Shown here: piece by piece, positions 1 through 14,544 of the stretch
Layout: each line of letters begins with the position of its first letter
Numbering within the stretch: position 1 is the first letter of the stretch
Assembly: GCF_009914755.1 (NCBI RefSeq)
Contig: NC_060937.1
Length of the DNA: 64,000 bases
Source: the human T2T-CHM13v2.0 reference genome, Homo sapiens
Direction: 5' to 3' (one strand)
The notes under the pieces: model-generated
What the model saw: the letters and a program-made list of their open reading frames with translations, nothing else
What the model was told of the DNA's origin: nothing
The model's database searches: none
Program-made: the position numbers and the translations under genes

Positions 1-39
1 AATCAATACGTTTTTTCCCAAAATGTATTAAAAACACAC

Positions 40-820
40 CACAGTAGATAAACTAAACAGATAATGGAAAAATTAGAATCACAAATACTTAATGAAAATA
101 AGAGGGTGGTTTAACCTCACTGATAACAAAATAAAGACATCAAAAATTATTTTAAAAAGTAGGGGGAGATAACTATTTTCCCATTTCAACAATCTTTAAA
201 AGAAGAACTAAAATAATAAATGCCTATAAAGACAAGGTCAGATGGGTGCTGGGAGTGTAAACTCATTATATTTCTGATAACAGTGTGGAATTTAAAATTC
301 TGAAATGTGGGGTCAGTTTATGACTTTTATCTCTGCACTTCACTTTAGGAAACAATCTACAGAAATAAAGTGAAATATAGAAAAGAATTGAGGCTTGTAG
401 AGACTCTTCCTTGCGTTACACATAATACAAAAAGTAGATGCAATCTATTATTCCCCAAAGAAACATTTTAAATAAATTATGTTATGCATTTAGGTTATAT
501 CAGTATACAGACATTAGAATTAACATTTCAATAATATTTAAAGAATTGAAAAATACCTGCAATGTTAGGTTACCATGTGTATTCCAAACTGCATGTTCAT
601 CATGATTGCAAAATATACTCTTTGTAAAATATGGACTGAAATATGTGTGTGGATGTCGACTTGGAATTTAACATGCCAATATTAACAATAATTTATTTTG
701 AATTGTTTAATAATGGAAAATCATTTTTATACTTTTTGTAATTATAACATTCTTTTTGTAGTTTTTTAGTGTTTTTCAAAATGTTCACCATGAACTTTAC
801 TATTTCAGTAATCAACAAGA
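40..820 (+). mobile_element. Highly degraded L1ME-type 3' fragment
   Basis: Resembles the ORF2 end/3'UTR of old L1M elements (e.g. cttcactttaggaaacaatc, aaataaattatgttatgc); boundaries approximate. Confidence 0.45.
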
Positions 821-981
821 AAATGCACAGCTAGAAGTGATCTGATATAGTTTATTACTTTGGCAACTGTATGAACGTTTATCTCATTTATTTTGAGATG
901 AAAAATTATGTATGTAGTAATTATTTGATCTATTTGGGGTTATTTTAAGGTAAAAGCTGTGTATAGGGATATTCTTTTCTT

Positions 982-1278
<297 letters not shown>

Positions 1279-1649
1279 AGGAATATTCTTTTCTTACATT
1301 CATTTTTGACGTTCTATTGTGTACGTGATGTACTATTTCATCCTTTTAGGTCTTGTTAATTTTTCACAGTTTTAGTAAACAATCTTACAATTACAATTTA
1401 AATATTCTAGTTAAATATAATAACTACTGAAACCTTATAAACTTAGGGAAATATAGATTTTTTTTTAAGTGAGGCATTGTTTAATGAGTTTAACTATTTC
1501 AAAAGAAAACCATGCTCAAAGTTAATAAAGCAGCAGTCCGCAAGCTAAACTGCCATACTCCAAGTCAAAAGGTACCACTCTTTTTTCATTTATATGAAAC
1601 TAAAATTTCCCACTATTTTCATTTATAAAGTGGTTATTGTAGCTCTTTT

Positions 1650-1750
1650 CACCTGCCTCCCTTGCAGGGATGCTGTTAGGATTAATGAGATCATTCCTAT
1701 AAAGAATTTGAGTTCCTTGGAGATGGGAGATATAAAAAATGTTATTATTA
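1650..1750 (+). mobile_element. Ancient MIR-family SINE 3' part (MIR3/MIR1_Amn-like)
   Basis: CORE-like acctgcctccc..cagggatgctgttaggattaatgaga followed by tttgagttccttgga..tataaa..tattatta. Confidence 0.55.
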
Positions 1751-1869
1751 TCCCGTCATTCATATATTAGCTTGCTCACTCTTTCAGGACCTGAAGGTAG
1801 AATCAAAAAGAAACAAATTCTGATCCACTGTGAGAAATATTTAATGAGATTTTTTTCCATGTTCAATAC

Positions 1870-2087
1870 CTGAGCTTCTCAGAACTTGATATATTAAATT
1901 CGTTTCAAAGGCCTTTTTTGCATACCAGTTTGATGTCTTTTATGTGTAAATTTGAGCTGCTTTAGGTTAAGTTTAAAGTGAAATCATATGTGCATTATTT
2001 TCCTTTGTTTGAAATGAAGTCCACTACTTTGGGCTGAATTAATTTACATTCAAATTTATAAAATTGAGGTCTAACATTATATTGTCC
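1870..2087 (-). pseudogene. Possible downstream decayed exon of the minus-strand exon chain
   Basis: Acceptor ttttttcgtttag, donor CAG|GTATTG; phase-0 reading GQYNVRPQFYKFECKLIQPKVVDFISNKGK* followed by further stops. Confidence 0.2.
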
Positions 2088-2483
2088 CTAAACGAAAAAA
2101 GGGCCATACAAATGCCAGTCGTTTCATTAAATTATGAGTTCAATTCTTTGTTTTCTAGCACTGTCACTACATGTTTTTCAAAGTTTCCTTTAATTTTATG
2201 TGTTCAAGCACTCTTAACAGCAGTTGAATTATCTCTCGGCTTTAAGAACTGAAGCATGTCTTTCTTATAAAGCCAAATAAAGTATTAAAACCTCTATTAC
2301 TGATCATTTATTGAGATGGAACTATAACTTTTTCCAAATGTTTATTATTTTACAATTTTTGAAAAAATAATATATATCCAAACTCTGACACTACAGGCTG
2401 CTCATCTAGCAAATACTCTTTCAAATGTATCACTTCAATTACCAGCTCATCAGCGATTTTATTTAATTATCTGATTGACTTTT

Positions 2484-2787
2484 CTTTTCTTTTTTTTTTT
2501 TTTTTTTGACAGAGTCTTGCTCTATCCCCCAGGCTGAAATGCGGTGGCGCAATCTGAGTTCACTGCAACCACCGCCTCCCAGGTTCAAGGGATTCTCATG
2601 CCTCAGCCTCCCGAGTAGCTGGAATTACAGGCACGTGCCACCATGCCTGGCTAATTTTTGTATTTTTAGTAGAGACCGGGTTTCGCCATGTTGGCCAGGC
2701 TGGTCTCAAACTCCTGACCTCAGGTGATCGGCCCGCCTCGGCCTCCCAAAATATCGGGATTACAGCCGTGAGCCACCGCGCCCGGCC
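2484..2787 (-). mobile_element. AluSx-like element
   Basis: Full antisense Alu ending cccggcc; TSD GACTTTT at 2477-2483 and 2788-2794. Confidence 0.95.
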
Positions 2788-3264
2788 GACTTTTGATGTG
2801 TAAAAACAAATATTAAATTCATCAAGAAAATATTGGCAGAGGTTTAGATTTTTTTATTTGTTATTGCCTTCTAAGAGAGAGTTACATATAGTGATTAAAG
2901 ATATTGCTAAATAAAACATCCAGATTTTTTTAAAATGTTGACTGAAACTTCAGACTTTTTCAATAAACAGCAAAATTTAGAAAATTCATGGTTTTATAGC
3001 AATATTTTTTATTAAAATTATTTTCAAGTGCTAATAAAGTTTCATATATTATTTCAGATATTTTCCTGCTCCTTTAGTTTAATTAGAAAAAAAACACTTT
3101 AAAGTATACTCAAACTTAGAGTTTTGTTTAAAATTTTTATGTAAAAAAGTTAGATTTTCATATATAATACATTTTATTGCACTATTTGCTTTCTGAGAAT
3201 TTGTTTTTGAGTTTGTGTAGATATGCTTTGCTACCAGTGTAACCATAACTTAATATGGCAATAA

Positions 3265-3581
<317 letters not shown>

Positions 3582-3713
3582 ATATTAATATTATTTTTAA
3601 GTTGCTTCAAATATTTTATGTCTTGATTTATACTTTAAAATATAGTGCTACAATAGCATTCTGATAACATTGTGTCTTCTTTGTGTTATCTACATAGTTT
3701 ATTTAAAAACTTT

Positions 3714-4016
3714 GGCCGGGCGCGGTGGCTCACGCCTGTAATCCCAGCACTTTGGGAGGCCGAGGAAGGCGGATCACAAGGTCAGGAGATCGAGACCATC
3801 CTGGCTAACACGGTGAAACCCCGTCTCTACTAAAAAAATACAAAAAAATTAGCTGGGCGTTGTGGCGGGTGCCTGCAGTCTCAGCTACTCGGGAGGCTGA
3901 GGCCGGAGAATGGCGTGAGCCCAGGAGGCGGAGCTTGCAGTGAGCTGAGATCCAGCCACTGCACTCCAGCCTGGGTGACTGAGCGAGACTCTGTCTCAAA
4001 AAAAAAAAAAAAAAAA
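3714..4016 (+). mobile_element. AluY
   Basis: Starts ggccgggcgcggtggctc; AluY diagnostics (catcctggctaacacgg, gaatggcgtga, gagcttgcag); A tail 3998-4016. Confidence 0.97.
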
Positions 4017-4019
4017 TTT

Positions 4020-4954
4020 GTAGTGTTCCATCATATATATATGTGTATATATATATGATATATATGTATATATGATATATATGTATATATGTATATATGA
4101 TGTATATGCATATATGATATATGTATATATAGGATATATATGTATGTGTATATATATGACATGTGTATATGATAGATATATGTGTATATATGATATATAT
4201 GTGTATATATGATATATACGTGTGTATATATATATCACAATTTATCTACTCATTGATTGATGGGCATTTGGGCTGTTTCCATATTTTTGCAATTGAGAAT
4301 TGTGCTGCTATAAACGTGTGTGCAAGTATCTTTTTCGTATAATGACTTCTTTTCCTCTGGGTAGATGCGAGTAGTGGGATTGCTGCATCAAATGGGGGTT
4401 CTACTTTTAGTTCCTTAAGGAATCTCCACACTGTTTTCCACAGTGGTTGTACTACTTTACATTCCCACCAGCAGTGTAGAAGTGTTCCCTTTTCACTGCG
4501 GCCATGCCAACATTGTTATTTTTTGATTTTTTGATTATGTCTATTCTTCCAGGAGTAAGGTGGTGGTACATTATGACTTTGATTTACATTTCCCTAATCA
4601 TTAGTGATGTTGAACATTTTTTCATATGTTTGTTGGCCGTTTGTATATCTTCTTTTGAGGATTTTCTATTCACGTCCTTAGCCTGCTTTTTGATGGGACT
4701 GTTTTTTTCTTGCTAATTTGTTTGATTTCCTTGTAGATTCTGGATGTTATTCCTTTGTCAGATTAATAGATTGTGAAGATTTTCTCCCTATCCATAGGTT
4801 GTCTGTTTACTCTGCTGACTGTTTCTTTTCCTGTGCAGAATCTCTTTAGTTTAATTAAGTCCTACCTATTTATCTTTGTTTTTACTACATTAGCTTTTGG
4901 GTTCTTGGCCATGAAGTTTTTGCTTAAGCCAATGTCTAGAAGGGTTTTTCCGAT
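4020..4954 (-). mobile_element. L1PB-type element, inverted ORF2 segment (twin-priming 5' inversion)
   Basis: Antisense ORF2 C-terminal homology (ORF 4246-4431 [20 protein letters not shown]); joins the sense segment at 4954. Confidence 0.85.
4033..4234. repeat. (TA/TG)n compound microsatellite expanded inside L1PB
   Basis: ~200 bp of atatat/atgtgt units at the L1PB TATA tract. Confidence 0.9.
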
Positions 4955-5945
4955 CAGCCATAAAAAGGAATGAATTAATGGCATTTGCAGCAACCTGGAT
5001 GGAACTGGAGATTATTATTCTAAGTAAAGTAACTCGGGAACAGAAAACCAAACATTGTTTGTTCTCACTCATAAGTGGGAGCTAAGCTATGAGGATGCAA
5101 AGGCATACAAATCATACAATGGAATCTGGGGACTCAGGAGAAATGGTGGAATTGGGGAGAGGGATAAAAGACTACAAATTGGGTTCAGTGTATACTGCTG
5201 AAGTGATGGGTGCACCAAATCTCACAAATCACCACTAAAGAACTTGCTCAGGAAAACTTTTACACTGTTGGTGGGACTGTAAACTAGTTCAACCATTGTG
5301 GAAGTCAGTGTGGGATTCCTCAGGGATCTAGAAGTAGGATTACCATTTGACCCAGCCATCCCATTACTGGGTATATACCCAAATGACTATAAATCATGCT
5401 GCTATAAAGACACATGCACGCGTATGTTTATTGCGGCATTATTCACAGTAGCAAAGACTTGGAACCAACCCAAATGTCCAACAATGATAGACTGGATTAA
5501 GAAAATGTGGCACATATACACCATGGAATACTATGCAGCCCTAAAAAATGATGAGTTCATGTCCTTTGTAGGGACATGGATGAAATTGGAAATCATCATT
5601 CTCAGTAAACTATCGCAAGAACAAAAAACCAAACACCGCATATTCTCACTCATAGGTGGGAATTGAACAGTGAGATCACATGGACACAGGAAGGGGAATA
5701 TCACACTCTGGGGACTGTTGTGGGGTCGGGGGAGGGGGGCGGGATAGCATTGGGAGATATACCTAATGCTAGATGACGAGTTGGTGGGTGCAGTGCACCA
5801 GCATGGCACATGTATACATATGTAACTAACCTGCACAATGTGCACATGTACCCTAAAACTTAAAGTATAATAACAAACAAACAAAAAAAAGAACTTGCTC
5901 ATGTAACCAATACCACTTGTTCCCCCAAAAACTATGGAAATAAAA
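4954..5945 (+). mobile_element. L1PB-type 3' end, interrupted by L1PA2 at 5251-5887
   Basis: tcagccataaaaaggaatgaattaatgg ... caccactaaagaacttgctca|tgtaaccaaataccac..ctatggaaataaaa. Confidence 0.85.
5251..5887 (+). mobile_element. 5'-truncated young L1 (L1PA2-like) 3' end
   Basis: ORF2 C-terminus (ORF 5298-5666 ending FSLIGGN); 3'UTR gagatcacatggacacaggaaggggaatatcac with GAG rather than the Ta ACA diagnostic; 14-bp TSD AAAGAACTTGCTCA at 5237-5250 and 5888-5901. Confidence 0.93.
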
Positions 5946-5984
<39 letters not shown>

Positions 5985-6027
5985 ATACACACACACGCAC
6001 GCACACACACACACGCATACATACATA
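5938..6027. repeat. (AAAT)n followed by (CA)n microsatellite
   Basis: Direct reading; derived from the L1PB tail. Confidence 0.9.
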
Positions 6028-6042
6028 AAAGGAAATTGGCTT

Positions 6043-6550
6043 TAAAAAGACACATGCACTAATATGTTCATCACAGCACTATTCACAATAGCAAATACAC
6101 AGAATCAACCTAGATGCTCATCAGTGGTGGACTGGATGAAGAAAATGTGGTACACCATGATATTTACAGCAACCTGGAATATTTGCAGCACCATGGAATG
6201 TACACCATAGAATACTACATAGCCATAAAAAAGAATGAAATCATGTCCTTTGCAGCAATGTGGATGCAGCTGGAGACCATTATCCTAAGCAGATTAAAGC
6301 GGCAACAGAAACCAAATATCCTCATTTATAAGCAGGAGCCACACACATTGAATACATATGAATATAAAGATGGCAACAATAGACAATGGGGGCTGCTAGA
6401 GGGAGGAGGGTTGGAAAACTACCTATTAGGTACTATTCTCACTACCTAGGTAATGGGATCATTTGTACACCAAACCTCAATGACATGCAATTTACCCATG
6501 TAACAAACCTGCACATGTACCCCCAGAATCTAAACTAAAAGTTGAAAAAA
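6043..6550 (+). mobile_element. Old L1PA (PA15/16-like) 3' fragment
   Basis: ORF2 tail (KKNEIMSFAAMWMQLETIILS) and 3'UTR ..ccaaacctcaatgacatgcaatttacccatgtaacaaacctgcacatgtaccc. Confidence 0.8.
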
Positions 6551-7160
6551 CTTTTACTTTTGAAAAAATTCAAACTTAAGGAATGTAGAAAAATGAATAT
6601 AAAAGGCTTCAGTCACAATTTGTTAAACTTTGTTATGTTTTGTTTCTCTTATACACGTATAAATACACACATGCACACACACACACACACACACACCCAG
6701 AGCTTTCAATTATTTGTGTCTCCTAAGAGTAATCACATTCTCCTACATAGCCAGAATAGCATTATTATATCTAAGACTATTAACATTAATTTAAAAATAT
6801 CATATAATTTGTAGTTCATGTCCAAATCCTCCAATTATCTCAAAATATATATGCAATTTTTTCTTTATCCAGATTTAATCCAGGTTTACATACATATTTG
6901 ATTGTTAGTCTCTTTATTTACTTTGGACTATGAATAGTCCTACTTTTTTCATTTTTCTTAGACTGAATTTTTGAAAGACCAGTCAACTTGTCTGCAATAT
7001 ATCCCTATAAAATTTAAGTCTCTGCATTCTGAATTTATCTGAGTATTTCTTTGTGATAGAAACATGTTAAAGATTAGTTGCAAAATAAAAATGTAAATGT
7101 TATTGTATCATTTTAGTGGTTGCACTTATTAGTGATGTAAAATTTGATCACTAGGTTAAG

Positions 7161-7340
7161 ATGGCCATCATCGATCTATTTATTGGAAGATTGAATTTCC
7201 TTCTTTATGCATTTCAATTCATGAGTTATTTCTGCGATGTTAATTTCAGGGTGGCGATCATGGATCTATTTATCGTAAGATTGAATTTCCTTCTTTATGC
7301 ATTTCAATTCATGAGTTATTTATGCGATGTTAATTTCAGA
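7161..7340. repeat. 90-bp tandem duplication (2 copies, ~7 mismatches)
   Basis: 7161-7250 vs 7251-7340; seen as a 30-aa repeat in ORF 7161-7433. Confidence 0.95.
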
Positions 7341-7907
7341 CCATGTGAATATTCTGCAACTGTATTTCCCCCAATGACTTTAGCACCAATGGATAATCCT
7401 TATCTGAATCAATTATTAAATTTGAGTTTGTAATAGAATGATATTCCAACTTTAATTTTCCTTACATATTAGCTTGCATTCTGTTTTTCCTGTTTTTGTT
7501 TTTTTGTATAAACATTACTATATATGATATATACATGGTTTTGTTTTTTAATTCACTGTGACGTAACCATTGTCATAAGTGTTAGTAATATATGCTCAAA
7601 CTGTTTAGCTTCTGTTTTTTTTTTTCGTGATTTGGGAGGTGAATTTTGATATGCCGTGTGATTTTTTATACAATTAGTTTATGACATTTATTAACATTTT
7701 TTCACATTGATTATTGTCATTAACTGAACAATACAACTAACAAATAACTACCAGTTTTTTTTAAATGTGTTTTTCAGATTTTCAACTTTTCGTGTTACAA
7801 CCTTTGAATATTTCTATGCAACATTTACATCATTAACAATAATAAGCACCTCCCACTTTTGAGTTATCACGATTTCTAGTCCAGAAAAATATTGTTTTTC
7901 AGCAGTT

Positions 7908-8210
7908 TTTTTTTTTTTTTTTTTTTTTTTTTGAGACGGAGTCTCGCTCAGTCACGCAGGCCGGAGTGCAGTGGCGCAATCGTGATCTCGGCTCACTGCA
8001 AGCTCCGCCTCCCGGGTTCATGCCATTCTCCTGCCTCAGCCTCCCGAGTAGCAGGTGCCTGCCACGACGCCCGGCCTAGTTTTTGTATTTTTAGTAGAGA
8101 CGGGGTTTCACCGTGTTAGCCAGGATGGTCTCGATTTCCTGACCTCGTGATCCGCCTGCCTCGGCCTCCCAAAGTGCTGGGATTACAGGCGTGAGCCACT
8201 GCACCCGGCC
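7908..8210 (-). mobile_element. AluY
   Basis: AluY diagnostics; TSD GTTTTTCAGCAGTT at 7894-7907 and 8211-8224; small internal duplication and deletion. Confidence 0.95.
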
Positions 8211-8279
8211 GTTTTTCAGCAGTTCTAAGAGATTTTTTTTTTTTTTTTCTGAAGAAGCTTGTTAGATGTACCCTTCATT

Positions 8280-8562
8280 TTATTTTTAAATTAAAAAAAT
8301 TAAGCACATAATAATCGTACATGTTTATGGGGACTTAGTAATGTTTCAATACATATAAGGTATAGTGATCAGATCATGGTAGTCAGTATATCCATCATCT
8401 CAAACATTTATCATTTCTTTGTGTTGAGAACATTCAGAAGAGTTAGATAGGAGGAATACATTCCAGTATTCTATAGCACCTTAGGGCAACTGTAGTTAAC
8501 AATAATATATCATATACATTTGAATAGCTAGAAGGAGGATATTGAATGTTCCTAACACAAAG
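8280..8562 (-). mobile_element. L1MA-type 3' end with inverted 5' piece
   Basis: 8280-8436 antisense terminal 3'UTR; ~8441-8562 the upstream 3'UTR in the opposite orientation. Confidence 0.7.
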
Positions 8563-8744
8563 TTTTAAAAGATTTTTTTAAGCTTTTTTATTTTTTGTGC
8601 GGTATGTTATTTAGCTTGAGGGATGTTTTTCACACAATTAAAATTTTAATTCAATAATTTCAAAGGTTTATGTTTTCGATATAGGGAATGCTAAGAAACA
8701 AACTTTACTGTCTATGCAGTCTGCATGCTTATTACTTCTTTTTT

Positions 8745-10268
<1,524 letters not shown>

Positions 10269-10289
10269 CTTGCAGTGTCTTTTGATGTG

Positions 10290-10765
10290 AGCTGGCATGA
10301 TGGGGGTCCAGGCCTCAGTGTTCCTGGCCTGCTGCTCTGGGGGCAGGGGCTGGGAGGAAGGAAGGAGCTTGCTGAACTAGCGACTGTCATCTGGAATATC
10401 ATCTCTGAAACACAGAGTTGGGGGCATAAGAAATGCTGGTGGTCTACTCCTGGGGAGACACTGAAGCATTTGGTTGGCAGCTGGAGTGAGAGTAAGTCAC
10501 GTATTTTTGGCCAAACGTGTGACCAGAATGGAGCTTTCATCATGCTGTGTCGAGGGGGTGGGGAAGGAGTGGATGGTGGCTCAGGTGCCAGAGACTCCCT
10601 TATTGTTTTTATCAAGATTTAGTAGATTTTCCTGATTATGTTTTTAAAAACTTGTTGTATAGGTTAATTTTCAGAAACTTTATTTTACTTTTTAAGTAGT
10701 CGTAACCAATTATGGTTGTTTCAGTGGGGAGAAGGCCCGTGGAGATCCTCATTCCTTCATTCCAG
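10290..10765 (-). mobile_element. Probable old L1M 5'-end fragment
   Basis: gttgtttcagtggggaga..gtggagatcctcattc resembles the antisense L1M 5' terminus. Confidence 0.4.
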
Positions 10766-11543
10766 ACATTGTCTTCCATATGTATTTCTTTGCAAGTTAT
10801 TATTACTAATTTGTTGGAGGTTATTTTGTTGCTTCGGTTGCAAATATTTTCTATTCAGTGGTTTGTCATTCACATCTTCTTGTGGTCTCTCTTTTATTAA
10901 AATACAAAATACAACTTAGTTTTAATGTGCTTTGCAAATAGCCTTAAAAAATTATTCCCCTTCTCAAAATCTTAATTATGCTTTCATATTTATATATTTA
11001 ATCTCTCTATATTTGAAATTTTTATGTCATAGATGAATTGAATTTTATCTTTTTCCATACATAAAACAATGGCCACATCAACATTTATTAAATAGTCTTT
11101 TATTCTCCCATGGATTTGCAACTGTCTCTGTATCCTAAATTAAGTTTCTACATATGTTTGATCAATCTCTAGACCCCCTTTTATTCCATTTTAGTAATTT
11201 ATTTGTCCATTTTCAGTGCCAATTCCACTTTATCTAAAATGTTTTAATTTTATGATGTCTTAATATTGGAAGGGCAAATTCTAACAAATTATTGTTTTTC
11301 TCTTCATTTAAAAAAGGAAGAAAAAAACATTATCATGCCATCATCTCTTTTTATCATATTGCTTCTTTCCTCCTCCTCTAACTTCTTCTTTTAACTTTTT
11401 CTTCTTTCTTCCTCACTTTCCTCCTCCTCCTTCTTTCTCCCAGTTCTTCTCCTTCCTTTTCTTAAAGTGTCATTCATAACATTACTTATTCATCTCTTTG
11501 GCTCTTTTAAAATATATATTTTATTAGCCTTCCATAGGGTTGC

Positions 11544-11802
11544 TTTTTTTTTTTTTTTTTTTTTTTTTTTTGAGATGGAGTTTCGCTCTGTTGTCCAGGA
11601 TGGAGTGCGGTGGGGTGATCTCAGTTCACTGCAACCTCTGCCTCCTGGGTTCAAGTTATTCTCCTAGTAGCTGAGATTATAGGTATGCGCTATCACACCT
11701 GGCTGATTTTTGTATTTTTAGTAGAGATGAGGTTTCACCATGTTGTCCAGGCTGGTCTCAAACTCCTGACCTCAGAAGATCCACCCACCTTGGCCTCCCA
11801 AA
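11544..11802 (-). mobile_element. AluS, 5'-truncated, with internal deletion
   Basis: TSD CCATAGG(G/A)TTGC at 11532-11543 and 11803-11814; Alu body stops at gcctcccaaa. Confidence 0.92.
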
Positions 11803-12284
11803 CCATAGGATTGCATTTCAAAGAACCGATGTTTAGCTTTACTGAAGCAACATTATTTTTGATTTCATTCAAAATTTATTTTATTCTAAAATGTTCAATA
11901 ATTTCTGCTTTTTATTTTCTTTCTTTTCCACTTAGTTCAGGTTTTATATAGTCTTTTTCTAGCTTTATATTTTGGATGCATAGCTTGTTAATTATGAGCC
12001 TTTTTCTTTTTAAAGTAAGTTATTAATCTCTTTATAGGAACTGTTTTAACTGTATTCTGAAGTCTTGATGTATGTTATTTCCATTATCTGTCCATTCTAA
12101 ATATTTCAAATTGTCCATTATAATTCCTGCTCTGACTCATAAGCATTTTCAATTTTTTAAAAATTTCCAAATCATAAAACTTTTATAATTATATTTGCAG
12201 AAATATTCCATGAAAGAGTGAAAATGAAGTGCAGTTTTCTTTATGTCTTCATTAGATCAGGCTTGTTGTGTTAGTTACAAAAAT

Positions 12285-12895
12285 ATTGCCTCTATACTCC
12301 AAATCCATGCTCCATAGCCCCCTTAGAACATTCTTTTTATTATCAGATGGTGTTAAGCTACGTTGGGAGCTACATTTGCTCGGTAGTAAGCTATGTTAGC
12401 AGAGGTCTGAGGGACATGGAAGGAGGAAGGGCTCTTCCTTCTGGTCCTGGTGAGCACCTCTCAGCAGGCTCCTGCAGTATGTGGAGCTGTGTGTGGGGCA
12501 CGTGCTCATGGGACAGCTCACCCAGCTCACCACCTCCTTATGCAGCTTCGCAACAAGATCAGTACCGTGACACCTCCTGAAAGTTGGCTTTTCTTGGCCA
12601 CCCAGATGGAGACTTCCCAGTGGGTTCTGCCAGCACCCAGTGACCTTTGCTATTCTGTGACTCTGTTTATGCCCTCTCAGACAAGGTCTCAATCTTAGCC
12701 CTCTGAATTTTTCCTTCTTTAGTTATTCTAGCTCAGTCATAGAAGTAGGGGGTGCTCCTGTATCTGCTGTTCCTATAATCTTTAAAGTTAACTTTATCCA
12801 TCATAATCCTTCAGTTATAGTTAATAATTAGTAATATTAGATATCCCTGTTCGCGTTGCCTGTTATTTCTGTCTCTTGATTGGACTCTAATACAA
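12285..12895 (+). mobile_element. ERVL-class solo LTR (LTR33/LTR16-like)
   Basis: GC-richer block inside L1M remnants, ending ..tccctgtt..tttctgtctcttgattggactctaataca as typical of these LTRs. Confidence 0.5.
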
Positions 12896-13699
12896 TATTG
12901 CTGTTCTATTGCGTCTTTTTTTATGGTTTGCTTCCACTACTTAGAAAGGGAAATTACAATTTTCCACTCTAATGATAGATTTGTACCATCTTTATACCTC
13001 TTTCAATTTCTGCTAAATATACTTTGTGGCAATAATATTACAAGTGTATAAGTTAAATATTTTTTTCTTTTTCTGATTAATGGATTTTTTTATCATTATA
13101 TAGTTATACCACATCACCTCTACTAAAGTCTATTTTATATGATGTTATTACAGCTGTATCAACTGACTCTTGTTTAGCATTTACCTGGAATAGATTTTTT
13201 CCATCCTTTATTCTTAGACGTCTCTATTCTCTATTCCTTGATACTTCAGAGGATATTGTTTGTTAAATCAAGTATAACTATCTTTATCTTTCTTTCCTCT
13301 ACTTGTTTGGAAATTTTCCTCATAAAAGTGAGACAGATATAGAAACTAAAATGACCTTGAAAAGTTTATTTCAGCAGAAAAATTATTTTAGGTGATCAGG
13401 GAAAGAAAAAAATTTTACTCATGATCTCCACAGGTAGTGGATCCCTTAGATAGTATAATACGTAATTAATAATTTCATTCTGTTTTAAAACATAAAACCT
13501 CTTTGTTTTAATTTCAATGATTTTCCTCACATTATATACTATTGCCAAGTAGTTTGGGTTTATACTATTTTTTGTGTTATATGCACAAGTTAGGCAACAT
13601 TGTTTTATATAATTATTGTCTATATTATTTATGTGTTTATAAATGACATACATATAAAGTCTTCTAGGTATTTGTCATTGACTTTACCTTCAATATTGT

Positions 13700-14190
13700 G
13701 GTAATTGGGGGCCACTGCAGGGGTTTTAGCCATAAGTGCCATAATCAGACAATTTTTAAAGTTGGACAACATTGAAGCCACTGTGGGAATGTAAAAGGGA
13801 ACATGACAGCAGGAAGACTAATTTACAGGCTATTTACTTGGGTAAGAAATTATAAGACTGCAAGTTAATGGAGTGATCTAGGTTTTAAATAGCATAAGAT
13901 AAATGTGACAGATATATGGGAACTTTTTGGGTGAGTGAATTATTTTAGGTGATCAGGGAAAAAGAATTCAAGATGACTTCCAAGTTAACTATAAATTTAC
14001 CTGGACAGGAATTGGTACAGAGATTAAATTTGCATGTAATACATAACTAGTTAATTTCTATACTTGTGTTTGCGGTGTTTCTGAAACTTCCAACTGGAGA
14101 TGTATGAGTAGGGCATTGGAAATACAAGTTGGAGGAGCATAGTGGATTGTTGTCATAGATGTGGAATCATTTGTACAAAAGTGGATATGA
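13700..14190 (-). mobile_element. L2 fragment
   Basis: gggccactgcaggggttttag..atgacttccaag..ggagatgtatgagtagggcattggaaatac, typical antisense L2. Confidence 0.6.
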
Positions 14191-14364
14191 TCACAGGTCA
14201 GCGGCATAAAGCCTGAGAGATTGACTTTGTTGTGTGCAGGGATCTGCTCCCCTTAGCTCTGAATTAGTGCAAGGATTTGAGGGAAATTTGTCTTCAGGTG
14301 GACCTTCCAATACTGGCATTAGGATATTACCATAGCCATTCTGCTTTAAAGTTTTGAAACTTAC

Positions 14365-14544
14365 AGAAATGTAGCTTGGGAAACATACGCTCCTGTGAAT
14401 GCCTGATTTTTCATATGCTCTCATTTTTCCCTCCTTTTTGGTCTTGACTCTCAATATTTTCCAAATTGTAAGGTACAAGTTTTTCTGTGTATTTAATAGC
14501 ATTCTTATAAAGAAATAGTCTTTCATTTCTGAGGAAAATGTTTC
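14365..14544 (-). pseudogene. Candidate decayed exon E (180 nt)
   Basis: Acceptor ttttcaaaaactcttag, donor TCT|GTAAGT; open in phase 0 (ETFSSEMKDYFF...CFPSYIS); a second frame has a single stop. Confidence 0.35.

Noticed and set aside
3996-4238. Tyr/Ile/His-rich ORF
   Set aside because: Translation of a (TA)n microsatellite.
5721-5745. G-quadruplex-like G tract
   Set aside because: Standard L1 3'UTR polypurine tract.
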